A stretch of DNA of 64,000 bases from Takakia lepidozioides (Eukaryota; Plantae; Bryophyta). Location: the NCBI GenBank assembly GCA_030704615.1, contig CM060734.1:44764001-44828000 (forward strand). The letters are read 5' to 3'. Of the stretch, positions 12,153 to 24,830 are shown piece after piece. The notes beneath the pieces are model-generated. The model ran no database searches. It worked only from the letters and a program-made list of their open reading frames with translations, and was not told the origin of the DNA. Made by a program: the position numbers and the translations under genes. How positions within the stretch are numbered: position 1 is the stretch's first letter; every line of letters begins with the position of its first letter.

Positions 12153-15100
12153 CGCCTGTTCTGTCCGCCCTGGTCATATATGCTCGGCCTAGCGACAAGT
12201 GCTCCATACTCCGTTGGTAACACTGGCGCAGCCCGTGACTGCTTTGCGTTTCAACATGCAAATCATGCTGCAATGGTTTGTCATGGATACCACTGTACCC
12301 CTTCAACTTATTAGCATTGACTCTTCCCAGCATCTCTTTGTTAATGGTTTGTAACATGGCGGTGTTGTTATCATACATCTTTTGTATGACATAAGGTCCT
12401 TTCCATGGTGATTTAAGCTTAGAAGCTTTAATCTTTCCCTTCTTCTGCAACCATAGAACCAAATCTCCCGTCTTAAAAGTCTTTAACTTGCCTTCATCAA
12501 ACTGTTCCTTCCTCTTCATCTGAATTCTGGTCATATTATCAGCTGCATCAGCACGTACTTCTTCCACATGGTATAATTCATGTTTCCTGACTTTAATGGA
12601 ATCTTGCAATTCCATTCTCTTTCCCCATTCCGTTCTCATGGTAGGTAACAGGAATTCCACTGGAAGTAAGGCTTCCATACCATAAACTAATTGGAATGGT
12701 GTATACTTAGTGGTGACTTTATATGAAGTCTGTATGACCACAAAGCTGTCAGCAGCTTTGTATCCCAATCCGTTCTGTTTGCATTGACTATCTTAGCCAA
12801 GATAGTACATAGTATTTTGTTGGTAGCCTCTGCCTGCCCATTACCCTGTGGGTAATATGTTGTACTCTTCCTATGCACAATCATGAACTCTTTAGTCAAC
12901 AATTCAATGGTCTCATTAATGAAGTGACTTCCTTGATCACTGATAAATTCCAAGGGACAGCCAAATCGTGTAAGTATGTTCTCATACAGAAACCTTGCTG
13001 TGGACTTGGCTGTGTTGTCCCTCAAAGCTTTAGCTTCCACCCACTTCGTAGTATAATCAGTGGCTGTAATTATGTACCTGTTCTGTGTATTCTTGGCTGG
13101 TGGGTTAATTGGTCCAACAAAGTCTAGTCCCCATTTCTGAAATGGTTCCGTAGGCATTGTAGGATGCAAAGACATTTTCCCAGATCTCTGCAAAGGTCCA
13201 GCCTCTGACATTCATCACAACTCTGACAATACTTGTGTACATCTTTGAACAAAGTAGGCCACCAGTAACCTGCATGTAGTATTTTCCTGCTGGTAGTCTC
13301 TTCTCCAAAATGACCTCCTGCCACTCCTTTATGAACTTCCTCCAAAACTTTATTAACTTCATGGTGGTATAAGCATCGTTTCAGCACTCCATCTGGTCCT
13401 AGCTTATACATTCTGCTCCCTACCATAGTGTAAGGTAGAGCCTTGATAGCAATTCTCTTTCTCTGCTCCTTTCCATAACTTGGTGGGCACTGACCATGAG
13501 CAAGGTAGTATCTGATTGGCCACTGCCAATCTAACCAGTCATCTGCACTTCCTGCACCTCCACTGTAAATAGACTCGCATCTGGTAATTGATCATCTACT
13601 CCCGTGGCTGGTTCTCCTGTTGATAACCTTGACAAGTGATCCGCCACAAGATGCAGTCTCCCAGGCTTGTAAACAACCTCGAACTCAAACTCGTGCAAGA
13701 TTATTAACCATCTTGCTATTCTTCCGCTTATCAGAGGTTTGTTTACCAGGTATATCAGAGCCTGGTGATCCACATAGAACATAAACTTCTTGCCCAACAG
13801 GTAATGCCTGAATTTCTTCACTGCATAGATCATTGCCAATGCTTCTCTTTCCGTTGTGCTATAATTTCTTTCGGCATTGTTCATCAATCGGCTAGCATAG
13901 TACACAGGTGAATCTATCCTTCCTGTACATTTTGGGCTAACACCGCTCCTAGTGCTTCTCCAGAAGCATCACAGTGAACATGAANNNNNNNNNNNNNNNN
14001 NNNNNNNNNNNNNNNNNNNNNNNNNNNNNNNNNNNNNNNNNNNNNNNNNNNNNNNNNNNNNNNNNNNNNNNNNNNNNNNNNNNNNNNNNNNNNNNNNNNN
14101 NNNNNNNNNNNNNNNNNNNNNNNNNNNNNNNNNNNNNNNNNNNNNNNNNNNNNNNNNNNNNNNNNNNNNNNNNNNNNNNNNNNNNNNNNNNNNNNNNNNN
14201 NNNNNNNNNNNNNNNNNNNNNNNNNNNNNNNNNNNNNNNNNNNNNNNNNNNNNNNNNNNNNNNNNNNNNNNNNNNNNNNNNNNNNNNNNNNNNNNNNNNN
14301 NNNNNNNNNNNNNNNNNNNNNNNNNNNNNNNNNNNNNNNNNNNNNNNNNNNNNNNNNNNNNNNNNNNNNNNNNNNNNNNNNNNNNNNNNNNNNNNNNNNN
14401 NNNNNNNNNNNNNNNNNNNNNNNNNNNNNNNNNNNNNNNNNNNNNNNNNNNNNNNNNNNNNNNNNNNNNNNNNNNNNNNNNNNNTTCCTGGGATCCACAA
14501 GAAGTCCCTCTTACACACAATGGTGCCCAGAAGCACCCTGAGTTCACACAGAAAGTACACTTCTCTGGATTCAGGCCCAGACCTCTCATCCTGCATCTGG
14601 CCAGACATAAACTCCAATTTATGCAAGTGCTCATTCTTAGAGCTGTACACACTGAAATCATCCAAGAACACTGCATGAAATCATCCAGATACTCATGAAA
14701 GATTCACTTATCACTCTCTGAAAGGTCGCTGGTGCATTTACAAAAGTCAAAGGGCATGACTTGTATGCATAAGCACCCCAGTTTGTGATGGTGTTTGAAA
14801 GCTGTTTTCTTGGTCTCCTTCTGCCACTTGCACTGATTATAACCACTGAAGCCATCCATGAATGAGTACCATCTCATGGCCTGCCACAGTGTCTCGACTG
14901 CTTCTGTGAATGGCAAAGGGAAAGGATTTTTCTTGACAAGCATTCAGCTTCTTGTAGTTCACACAAACTCTTAGTTTACCATCTGGGGGGAACTATCACA
15001 ATGGGTGACACCCAAGTTGTATATTCTATTGGGTATATAAACTTAGCCTCAGCCAACTTCTTGATCTCTTCTAGTGGATTCATCTGTACCTGCCTGCTTG

Positions 15101-17650
15101 ATTGGTATGACCCGGTTCCAGTTCAATCTTATGTGACAGATTTCAGGTGGTATTCCTTTTAAATCCTCATACGCTCCAAGCAAATACTCTCTGTATTTGA
15201 TGAACAAACTCTTAGCTTCTTCAAAGAATTCTGGCTCCAAATCAGCTCCTACCTTCACCATCCTTGGTTCTCTCTTTAGTTCCAACACTTTCACTTCACT
15301 CACTTGCTCAGCAGCTGTGATTGTCCAACCAGTCAGCCACTTCATCCTTTAAACTCACACTGGCTAGTTCCTCTAGGATTTCCATTTTTCTTCTTTTCTT
15401 TTTTTCTCATAGAAATGTGATGGGTAACTGCTGGTTTCCTCATCAATCGGTGTGTGACACTACACCACATCAGTACCCCTTAAACAACTTAGGCCTTCAG
15501 CGCATCTCTGCAACCTGCTCCCACTCTGGGTGTGCAGCAAACAGGGTAGCTTCCTGCTCTTCATCCAGTCCTCATCTCCAGTCATACTCTCTGACTCCTC
15601 GAGGTCTTCTCGTAGCTAGGTCATCTACTAGATTTCTTTGTGGTAATTTGTATCTCGTGTATTCCCTATGCACGTTAGTAACTGAGAATTCCAGTCATGG
15701 ATACCCTGGGCCTGTTTCACCAGGACGTACCAATAATAAGGAGAGTAAGCCTCCATGACTTCATTCATCTTCAACAAGTTACTGTGATCATAAAGATCAT
15801 CTTCTGTATTGTATTTAACTCCTCTTATTAATCCCAATGGCTGCTACTTCTTTGTGTGCCATTGTTAATGTTAAATGGGGCTGGTTTCAATGTTACTTGA
15901 CCAAGTTCTTCCTTTAATTGGTTGTCATGATAGTTACTCCAGAACCTCCATCTATAAGTATATCAGTTAGTCTGTGTTTCCAATTATCAATTGGATTACT
16001 GGCATAGAAGATCATCAAGTCCATGACTGTTTTCGCCCTTCCGGCGTCACATATAAAGGTCACCTTCTGTTCAGGTCTTTGTGTTTCAGTCTGCCTGGGT
16101 CATTTCGATTGATGTTGATAAGCCCTGTGCCTACAATCAGGTGCCACAGCCAATAGCTGTCCAATGGTAATCTTGCTTTGGTCTGGCATATTACTCAGCC
16201 AAAGTCTCTGCGTTACTTTGCATGTCTGCATCTTCTTCTTCCTTTCATCCTCACTCACTTCTTCTTCTCCTTCAGAATAGAGGAATCTGCCACAGGAATA
16301 TCAGTACTCTTTTGCATTTCCCTTATGGTACTGTCACTCCTGTGGCAGTTCTTCTCATCTCTCCAAGCCTCATTTCATCTTAAGGCAATCACTGCAACCT
16401 TCATTATCATCTTCTTCCTCTACTACTGGAGGTATTAGTTTGGCTTTAATTTTGTTACTATCATTGTACTACTTCTGGTACAACACATGGCCTAACCATG
16501 TGAGCTGCCACCCACTGGGGCCCTCATTCACAGGAGCTCTCATCTCATTCTGGTGTCTAATCCAGAATGAACAGGCTTGCCTTGCGATGTCCTGGCTGAT
16601 TACAATAGTAACATAGTTCTTTCACATTGGGTCCTCGCCCTTGGTCTCCTCTGGATATTTCTGTATCCTGATTCCCGGGTGGTAATTCCCCCTTGGATAC
16701 CCTGATAGTTGCCTCTGGAATTTCCTTGGTAATTCCCTCTTGAATTACCCTCTCCCTTCCATGCCATTGTTATAACCACCCAACCTACCATAGTGGTCTG
16801 ATCATTGTTCTTCTTGGCTGGGGCGGCACCTGATGCACCATTACTTGCCTAGGTTCTCTTGCGACTTCCTTCTGTTGTAGTAACAATTCTCAATAGACTG
16901 GTTATCCATTTTACAGATAGTACAGTTGTTTCTCCTTCATGTGGCATTCTGTGGTGGTATGGCCTTCCTTCATCTGCACTTTGCAACACCATAACACCTT
17001 CCTCCAATGTGTTGCAGCCTCTGGTGTGGCATACGTCTTCAAGATTCTTCCAATCTTTATCATAGGATCCCTCTTCAACTTCTCCTTTCTCTTACTCTTT
17101 CCTTTTTAGTTCTTGCTCTCTTCGTCATCTGACTCATCCTCAGAGTCCTCATCATCTTTTTCTCTCTCCTGAGCATTCCCAATTGCTCAATTAGGTTTGC
17201 AGTTTCAAATGCCTCTCCACTGTATTATGGGGTAACATTATCCACTTTCTTTTGCAAACTCAGTCTTAGTCACTCACAAACCAGTCTTCTGTAACCTGGT
17301 CGGGTACTGCAGCCAGCTTTTTCATCATCAATTTCCATTCTGTTCCATATAATCTCAACAGTTTCATGCTTTCTTGCTTTAACTGTTGTAAACTTCCATA
17401 CACTTAAACTCAGTTTTACTTGTCATAACCTATTTCGGAAGCTGTATTCAGCCATTACAGGTTTGTTAGGAACTGATATCAGGGAATCTTGCATACCATT
17501 CACTTGCTTTCTTTATAAGTGAAACAAGGGAAACAATCTCATCTTGGCATCATCGCCATATCATTGTTCACTATACACCATGTGCTCAAATTGGCTATGT
17601 GTACATCAGATCCTTTTCCTGAATATATGGAAAATGTGGTTTGCCCGTGT
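11971..17650 (-). pseudogene. gag-pol of the Ty3 element (frameshifted; RT partly in the gap)
   Basis: Protease LIDGGSG (~15945); RT FMDGFSGYNQ, NAPATFQR, FLDDF; RNase H HCDASGEALGAVL, YSTTEREALA; integrase HKGVAGGH..CDEC, WGLDFVGP, SDQGSHF, GNGQAEATNK, WKGPY. Confidence 0.93.
13985..14484. other. Assembly gap (500 N)
   Basis: Run of N. Confidence 1.
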
Positions 17651-18989
17651 TGGTTGTAACGCCATCTGTGGCCCTACTTCTGCCCATTGACAGGTGCTGG
17701 TCCTTTGGACCTGTTGTTGTTGTGGTGGATTTCACAAAAGTGGTGGCCCTTGAGCACTCCCTGTTCTGGCCCCACGATATTCACAGTATTCCCAGCTTAG
17801 TTGCACTAACTTCCCACACTCTGTCCTCCCAGAGCCAGATCCAGGCAGCCCGCATGATCCCCCTGAGCCGAACACCTTCGTTGGCCTGTGATCCAAGTGC
17901 TCCACTTGATCTAGGTCCCACCCAACGGGTTGGGATGTCCTGGTTGTAGTCTCAACCTCAGCTGTTGCGTCTACTTCTCCAATTTCTTCTCTCTGTTTTC
18001 ATCCTCCAAGTTCTGCCCTTGGGTTTCTTCTTCACTCATGTAACTCAAACTGCAATGGTGTTGGAGAGTCTGAACTCTCCGTTGGCTCCTGCCACATCCT
18101 CTCCTCCTTCTTCACCTTCCCGCTTCAGAAACTGGAGTTCCTGCTTTTGGTGTTCCATGCCAAACTCTTATCAAATATTCTGTCAAATCTTTTATCCAGG
18201 GATGTACCTCAGATCTTCACCTCGTGATTGATTCTTCTGCCCGTACCAATTTCCCTAATCTTCTTGCAAAGAAAACAGAAGGAGTGGCATCCAACTCTAG
18301 TTCTTCCGGTATGGTGATGTACTCTTTGATCTTAATGGTGAGAGGTCCAGATGATTCCTATGTCTATTCCTCTCTCCAAAAGATATGGATAATTAGCTTC
18401 AGATAACTTTCTCTTTTGCTGAATATCTCAGGCGTCTAGCTCCTTTCATCCACTCATGTCCCATGTCTTTCATGTCTTTTTAATGTGGCCAATAACCAAA
18501 CTCTCTCTGTCATAATCTCTCGTATATGCCTGGGTCTTTCAAGCTTCAATGCACCCCTTGGCTATACTTGAAGTCTCCGTTACCATATAACCATATGGCA
18601 AAAACAAGTCTGGAAAAGCTGTTCTTGGGTGTGAGTTTGATCCACAAAATATCCTTTGGAATCCAATTCTTTAACAGTACAAGCTCTTCATTGCATATGA
18701 GTATAAACATCACCTATCTTTCCTCCCAGCCTTCAAACTAACGCTTAATGGCTAGCAATGCTATCACATGATAAACAAATGTTGGTAACCACTTGCTCTT
18801 CCTCTACAGGCCACCTGATAAATCTTTATCACTCTTTCTCCAGACCCCACTCTGGGTCAGCATCATGGCACTCTCTTAAGAATGTTTTCTTTACAACCGT
18901 CTGGCAATTCCAAAAACCTCTGGAAGAATCGTTGGACAATCTTTCCTTCTCAGTTTCACAAGGAATTTGATTCACATCAAATTCTTAAT

Positions 18990-19474
18990 TTTATCTTCCC
19001 TACCTCTTGTTCTAACCGTTTCCCTCACTAACCGTTGTCGTGAACTAACATGTTCCATTCGCAGGTGTTGTTCCCACAGTCGTTTCACTGTCCTGCTATC
19101 CGTTCCATATGGTCGTGACAGCTGTGTGAAGCTGTGATTGGCGTGTGAAACTGTGACCGGCTGTGTCGGGCGTGTTGAAGGGCTGTGCGAATGTGTTTGG
19201 CTGTGCGGGTCGTGTGTGACTGGCTGTGTGGTGGCTGTGTAGGCTGTGACGAGCTGTGTTGGCTGTGATGGGCTGTTGTTGTTGGTTGTGACGAGCTGGT
19301 GTGTTGACTGTTGTCTGGCTGTGTCGGCTGTGTTGGACTGTGACGGGCTGTGTAACCCCCCCTAAAGTGCGCTGCTGTCACCCCTAAGGCTCCTGTTGAT
19401 CTCAGTCTGTGCAAAAATTAAGGGTACTCCACAGATCCCGTATAAGTGTCTACGTCCCAGATAGTCCTCTAACA
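18990..19474 (-). repeat. 5' LTR, truncated (about 485 of 1,058 bp; 3' half and PBS missing)
   Basis: Aligns to 7193-7681. Similarity ends abruptly at about 18990 and no PBS is seen. Confidence 0.85.
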
Positions 19475-19850
19475 GCCGTGGAGAAGCCACATGAGCCTCA
19501 GTTTTTGCTTTACGTAAGACAAGTGGAAGGAGAAGTCGATAGGGAGCCGAGCCCAGTTGGATCAAAGGGATCTTGGAGAAATACCAGGATGTGAATGCCG
19601 GAGGACTGCCAAGCGGCTTGCCACTGCGAGAGGAGTTGGACAAACCAAGATAGAGGTGATACGGGAGGGCTCGGAGCCATCTGCCAAGGCGCCCTACAGG
19701 TTGAGCCACAAAGAGTTGGTCAAGCTGAAGGCCCAGTTAAGGATCTAATGTCAAAGGGGTACATCCGGCCGAGTAAATCACCTTACGGAGCCCCGGTGCT
19801 ATTCGCAGACAAAAAGGATGGGACGTTGGGTGGATATTGTCGATTACAGG
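19475..19850 (+). mobile_element. Chromovirus pol fragment B (start of RT)
   Basis: GSEPSAKAPYRLSHKELVKLKAQL, DLMSKGYIRPSKSPYGAPVLFADKKDGTL, ending GTC GAT TAC AGG (VDYR) at 19839-19850. Confidence 0.85.
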
Positions 19851-20509
19851 AGGTTACTTGCGAGAAACTTGAGTGCTTGTATGAATGGAGTGTTGGTGTA
19901 GTGGATGTTGCACTTTGTTGTGTCCTCTATGAGAGATTCTGTCCTCTTTGTCAAGCCCACTTTATAGACTACATTCCCACGTTTCTAAGCTAAACCGGTA
20001 GTGGAAGGGGAATAACGCCCTGCCTGACGCCGAATATGGTGGAGATGCGGGGTAATTGAGTTCATTATCAAAGGAAATTTTCATCTTCCTCTTACCATCA
20101 CCACGGGTAGGCACCACCACTGTCCCTGCTTTGTCGGTGCAAATCCCACTGCTTGCCATAAGCTTAGCCACGAATGCATCAAGCTCTTGAACACAAAACC
20201 CACAAAATTAGAAACAAAACAGAAAACAAATGAAAGGCCAAGGAAAGAAAAAAAGATGAAGGAAAGAGGCTCACCTTTGCGTACGTCCCACATCAAGGAG
20301 TTTGTTTCCGTACCATGGCGTCTCATGGCAAAGAACCAAACCCCCACTGACTCTACTCTCCATAGCTAGTTTGACGACTTCTCCAAGTCCTGGCCAAGGT
20401 GGAGCCTCTCAAGCTCCACCCAGTGGCACTCTTCTTGGCCCACTTCAAGGCCAAAGAACGATCCTCCCCGAGGATCAAATCGCCTTACTGCAACAACATA
20501 TCTTGCGAC

Positions 20510-23500
20510 CGCTCATGATACCGCTTTTGGCATCAACTTGAACCCTTTTTTTACAGGAAGATAACCTTGAACCAACCGCGCGCCCCAATCACTACAATTG
20601 GGTCCGCCTTGGAATGCTGGCCTGAGGTACGGGAACACGGCCAAAAGCCGCACTACGACTTCGTCCCAAGGTTACACGATTATAGTACGTGAACGGAAGT
20701 ACGTAGCTTCCGCATTAATCCGCACACAATACAACCCCCTCGTAGTACAGTTATAGACGCGCATGCGCTAGGTACGCACTAGCGCTAGGTACGCACTAGC
20801 ACATGAACTCCCAAAGAAGGCGTAAGTTTCCTTGCTCCTGGATGGGAGTCACCCGATTTCGACACTGCGCAAACACACGACCATTCAATTTACCTCTCCC
20901 ACTTTTGTAAGCTAGCATGCATTCTACACACTAGCAAACCATATCATTGCATCACCATTCCAAAAAAATAGGAAGCAAAATATTTGGAAATCATTTCATT
21001 TATAACACTTTTTGTACAATCACAAGTTTTTGAATCGGATTCCTGAGCTAGTTAAGCCGGACTAAGCATGCATTTCCTCCCCACGAGCCTAAGTTTCGTC
21101 TTTTTGACAGGTCGCCATATTCCGACTTTTGTAAGCTGCATGCATTCTACACCTAACCCCATATCGCATCACTTCGGAAGCGCAATTTCCCGCATTTCTT
21201 TTGAGGCACCACCCAAGTGCGCTCCACTTGATGATACCCTTCCGCTTTCACGAGATACTCCGTTTCTCGATTCTTGAACCCTCCATTTCACGAGATACTC
21301 CGTCGACTTAAACCTACCACTCCACCTCGTACTCAGGTCCATTTTCATGATCCAACAGCACAGGTGGCGGACGCAACACTTGATGCCGATTTGGACGCGC
21401 TTCATCTTTGAAGTAAGGCTTCAAAAGGAAAACGTAGAATACCGGATGCACCTTGTTGTTTACCCGGTAGCTCCAATTCATCACAAATCCTCATTCATAC
21501 CTTCCGGATGCGAAAGGTCCCCGCCCGCATACGGAGGTTACAAACCTTCATACTCACTTTCCGGAGGTAGTACAAAAATTCTCGATGTTCAACCAGACTC
21601 CGTGTCGCGGCCTCAAACTTAACTTCCCTCCGCTTCCGATTTCGCCTGCCATTCATACCGTTTCCTAGCTTTGGCAATGTTGTACTTCGCGAACTCCAAT
21701 TAACGCTCACGGTTTCTATAGAAAAGCACCTCTGGTGCTGACCAGTTGGGCCGCAACAACCGCGGCAGTGCTGGAAACTCCCGTTGCGGAGTGTTTTGTG
21801 TTATTATAATAGAACTCTGCCGCATCCAAATGCTCCACCCAGTCTGATTGGTCTGCCGACACATAATTCTCTGCAAGATCTGCTTCACCACGAAATTCAC
21901 TCTTTCCGTTTGGCCATCCGTCGTAGGTCGAAGGCGGTGCTCATTTTGAGCCTTGTCCCATTTTCTTCCAAAGTGCTCTCCAAAATTTACTTGTAAACTT
22001 TGGATCGCGGTCGGAGACAATGTCCTTCGTGAGTCCACGATGCTTGAAGACGTGGGCGAAGTAAAGTCGCCCCGTCTCCTGTGTCGTTGCCGTCTCTTTA
22101 GTGGAAATAAAATGACCCATTTTACTGAACCTACCCCCACCATGATTGCATCGAATCCTTTTGACAATGGCAATAATTCTGAAATCCATTGAGTCATTTT
22201 TCCCAAACCCCTCTGGAATCGGCAAGGGTTGTAAACAGCCCCGCTTGCTTTTTGTACTTACTCTCTTTTGTACTCGCTCCGATTTGTTGGCATGTGTGCA
22301 TGTCTTGACATACTCCTCGGCCTCCTCCCTCAGTTTGGGCCAGAAATACTCTTTTTTCAAGAGTGCCGCGGTGCGCTTGGCCCTGCCGTGGCCCGCAAAA
22401 GGGCCATCGTGGCACGCAAGCGGGCCATCGTGACATTCTCTCAAGAGACTATCTCTGATCCCTTCCTTCGGCACGTAGAGGCACTTTTGCTTGTACCGAG
22501 TCAGTCCATTGCGTAAGTGGAACTGTGATTTAACTCCCATCCTCAAGTCCCGCATCACGGACTTCGCCATCTCATCATCCTTCCGGTAAGCCTTCCGATC
22601 TTCCTTTGGAGCGCCGTCTCGCCCTTGTAAACCAACATGAGCTGCTGCTTTCTACTTTAAACATCGGCCACACATTGTCCCGTCCTGGTTTGTATTAGAT
22701 ATCCACGTCGAACACTGCCAAAGTGTCCTGCCACCTAAGTTGTTTTGGGAACAACTTAGGCTGTGTGGCAAAATACTTCGCCGTGACATTGTCCGTGAAC
22801 ACCTTCACCAGGTTTGGAACAACATAGTGGCCCAAAGTCAAGGCAATGCACCACCGCCTTCATTTCTTTCTCGTGCGTAGGCCACCGTCGTTCCACTTCA
22901 TTCAGTTTTTTACTTTCGTAACCCACTGGACGTCCATCCTGCATGAGCACACCCCCAATTGCGAAGTCCGACGCATCTGTATGAATCTCAAATGGACGGT
23001 CGAACTCCGAGATTTTTCAGGACTGGAGCTTCCGCCATCCCGTGCTTGCTTGCAACTCGGCAAAAGCTTAGCCACAAAAGGTGTTCCATACCCATACCTT
23101 GGACTCCTAGGAAGGATTGCAACTCCCGGACCGAAGTCGGAGGCTTCCCGTCCAAGATCACCCTCACCTTTCTGTCATCATTTTGATCCCATCCGTGTAA
23201 TCACATGCCCTAGGAACTCCATTTTTGTGACCCGAATTCGCACTTTGAAGCTTTGGCATACAGCTTCCCTTCCCGCAATTTCTGGAACACCCTTTTGAGG
23301 TGCTCTAGGTGCTCCAGGTGCTCTTCTTTTGTTTTCGAGTACACCAAGATGTCGTCGATGTACACAATCACAAAATCATCCAACCACTCCTGGAAAAGGC
23401 TGTTCATTAGCGTGCTAAAGGTCGCGGTTGTGCGTTGGTGAGCGCCCAAAAGGCATCAACCGAGAACTCATATGAAACCCCACAAATTGTCATGTGCAAC

Positions 23501-23655
23501 CGTCTTTCTCCTCATCTTCCTTTCCGCCACTCGGATTTTGATGGTACCTGAACCAAATCGATCCGGCTGAATACTTTGCTCCTGCCAACCGATCGAAGAT
23601 GTCCGTTGATCCTTGGCAAATGGTACTGTTTTTTTTTAGTCACATCCTAGGGCCC
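20510..23655 (-). mobile_element. Chromovirus pol fragment C: RT-RNase H-integrase-chromodomain, plus a probable short LTR
   Basis: YIDDILVYS; DASDFAIGGVLMQDGRPVGYES; CHDGPFAGH; LQPLPIP; SDRDPKFTSKFW; TDGQTERVN; chromodomain-like STEYLVKWR (~21290); PPT-like GAGGGGGT at ~20734-20741 and a degenerate Met PBS at ~20512-20524. Confidence 0.85.
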
Positions 23656-23898
23656 CATGGCACGCATACATTGGGTAGCCAGATGTCGTTCCAGCAGAAT
23701 CATAGAAAGAAGCCACATCATCTAGTGTAATCTTAATCTTATCCTAAACTAGCTGTTAGAATTAGACAAATCTATATTTATACCCTAATTTGTTCCAGCT
23801 CATCCTCATAACATAAAGTGTAAGTTCATCCAAGCTTCATCCTACATCCGTTCATCCATGCCGAATAAGCTAGTGAGGTGGAATCCCGCCTTCACAAG

Positions 23899-23900
<2 letters not shown>

Positions 23901-23941
<41 letters not shown>
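23901..23941 (-). repeat. Poly(T)41 tract, probable retroposon poly(A) tail
   Basis: Pure T run. The associated element body was not identified. Confidence 0.55.
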
Positions 23942-23943
<2 letters not shown>

Positions 23944-24483
23944 TCTCCCTTTAATAACCATCAATAAAGTTTCCAAGGGCTACTTCCCACTTTCCCCTTC
24001 TGAACAAAAAAAGAAAAAAAAGAAGTGATGTATTTTTTTGATTCTTTATGAATAGGTTCTGAATTGTTTTCCCCCCCTGTCTCCTAAAGTGGGGTGGGGT
24101 CATAGCAGGGATGAACTATGCTTAATTTGGACTTTGTCAATGCCCATGTGAGTTAATGAAAATAGCAAATGTCACATGAGTATGATAAGTTCAGTTAGCT
24201 TTAAAGAAGTGCAGAACTTCCGAGGAAGACACCATATATTAGTGAGACATGTACTTTGTGAAGAATTTATATTAGTGATGAGGAGTCCTTTCATAAAAAC
24301 ATGTTCCTTAATTCCAAAAAAAAGTGTCATATGGCGAGTTAACTGAGGCTACAGCCTATCTTGTTGCATCCAAAAAAACGAACGTTCGCGGATTCACCTT
24401 GGCTACCATGTACATCAACTCCACAAATTGCGGAGAAATTCACTATACGACTCGAGAGATTTTAGTGGTTTAGTAGGGATTTT

Positions 24484-24715
24484 TAAAAATAAAATAAAAT
24501 AAAGGGAAACACTTGGGAGTGACAGCTCACAAATCAGGCCCCTTAATAGTGAGAGGAGAAAATAATCTCTTTCACAGTAACCCCGCCATGAGGCGTAGGA
24601 ATGGGAACCACCCAGGAACCGAGGAGAAGAGTATACTACACCCGTAAGTAGATTTGACCCCAGAATCATCTAGGTGGCACTCAGAGCACTCAACCAACTG
24701 AGCTACTCAATGTTG
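24484..24715 (-). mobile_element. tRNA-derived SINE, copy 2
   Basis: Minus strand TAGCTCAGTTGG (A box)...CTGAGTGCCACC...GATTCTGGGGTCAAATC (B box); homologous to the copy at 30381. Confidence 0.75.
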
Positions 24716-24830
24716 GTTTTTTTCTTTGTGTTTTTGGATTTTGCAAAGTATAATCTGAGCTTGACCAAGCTATTTGAGTGAGGGGTTGATTTTTCTTGTT
24801 TCTGCCTCCCACATAGAAATGTGCTATATC

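Larger units (their letters stand above)
6624..19474 (-). mobile_element. Ty3/gypsy non-chromovirus LTR retrotransposon (Athila/Tat/Phygy/Selgy-like) with an extra 3' ORF
   Basis: TG...CA ends; 5-bp TSD GCCGT at 6619-6623 and 19475-19479; matching LTR sequence at both ends; PPT; gag-PR-RT-RH-INT order. Confidence 0.92.

Noticed and set aside
13914-14698. Long ORFs containing X runs
   Set aside because: Artefacts of the N gap.
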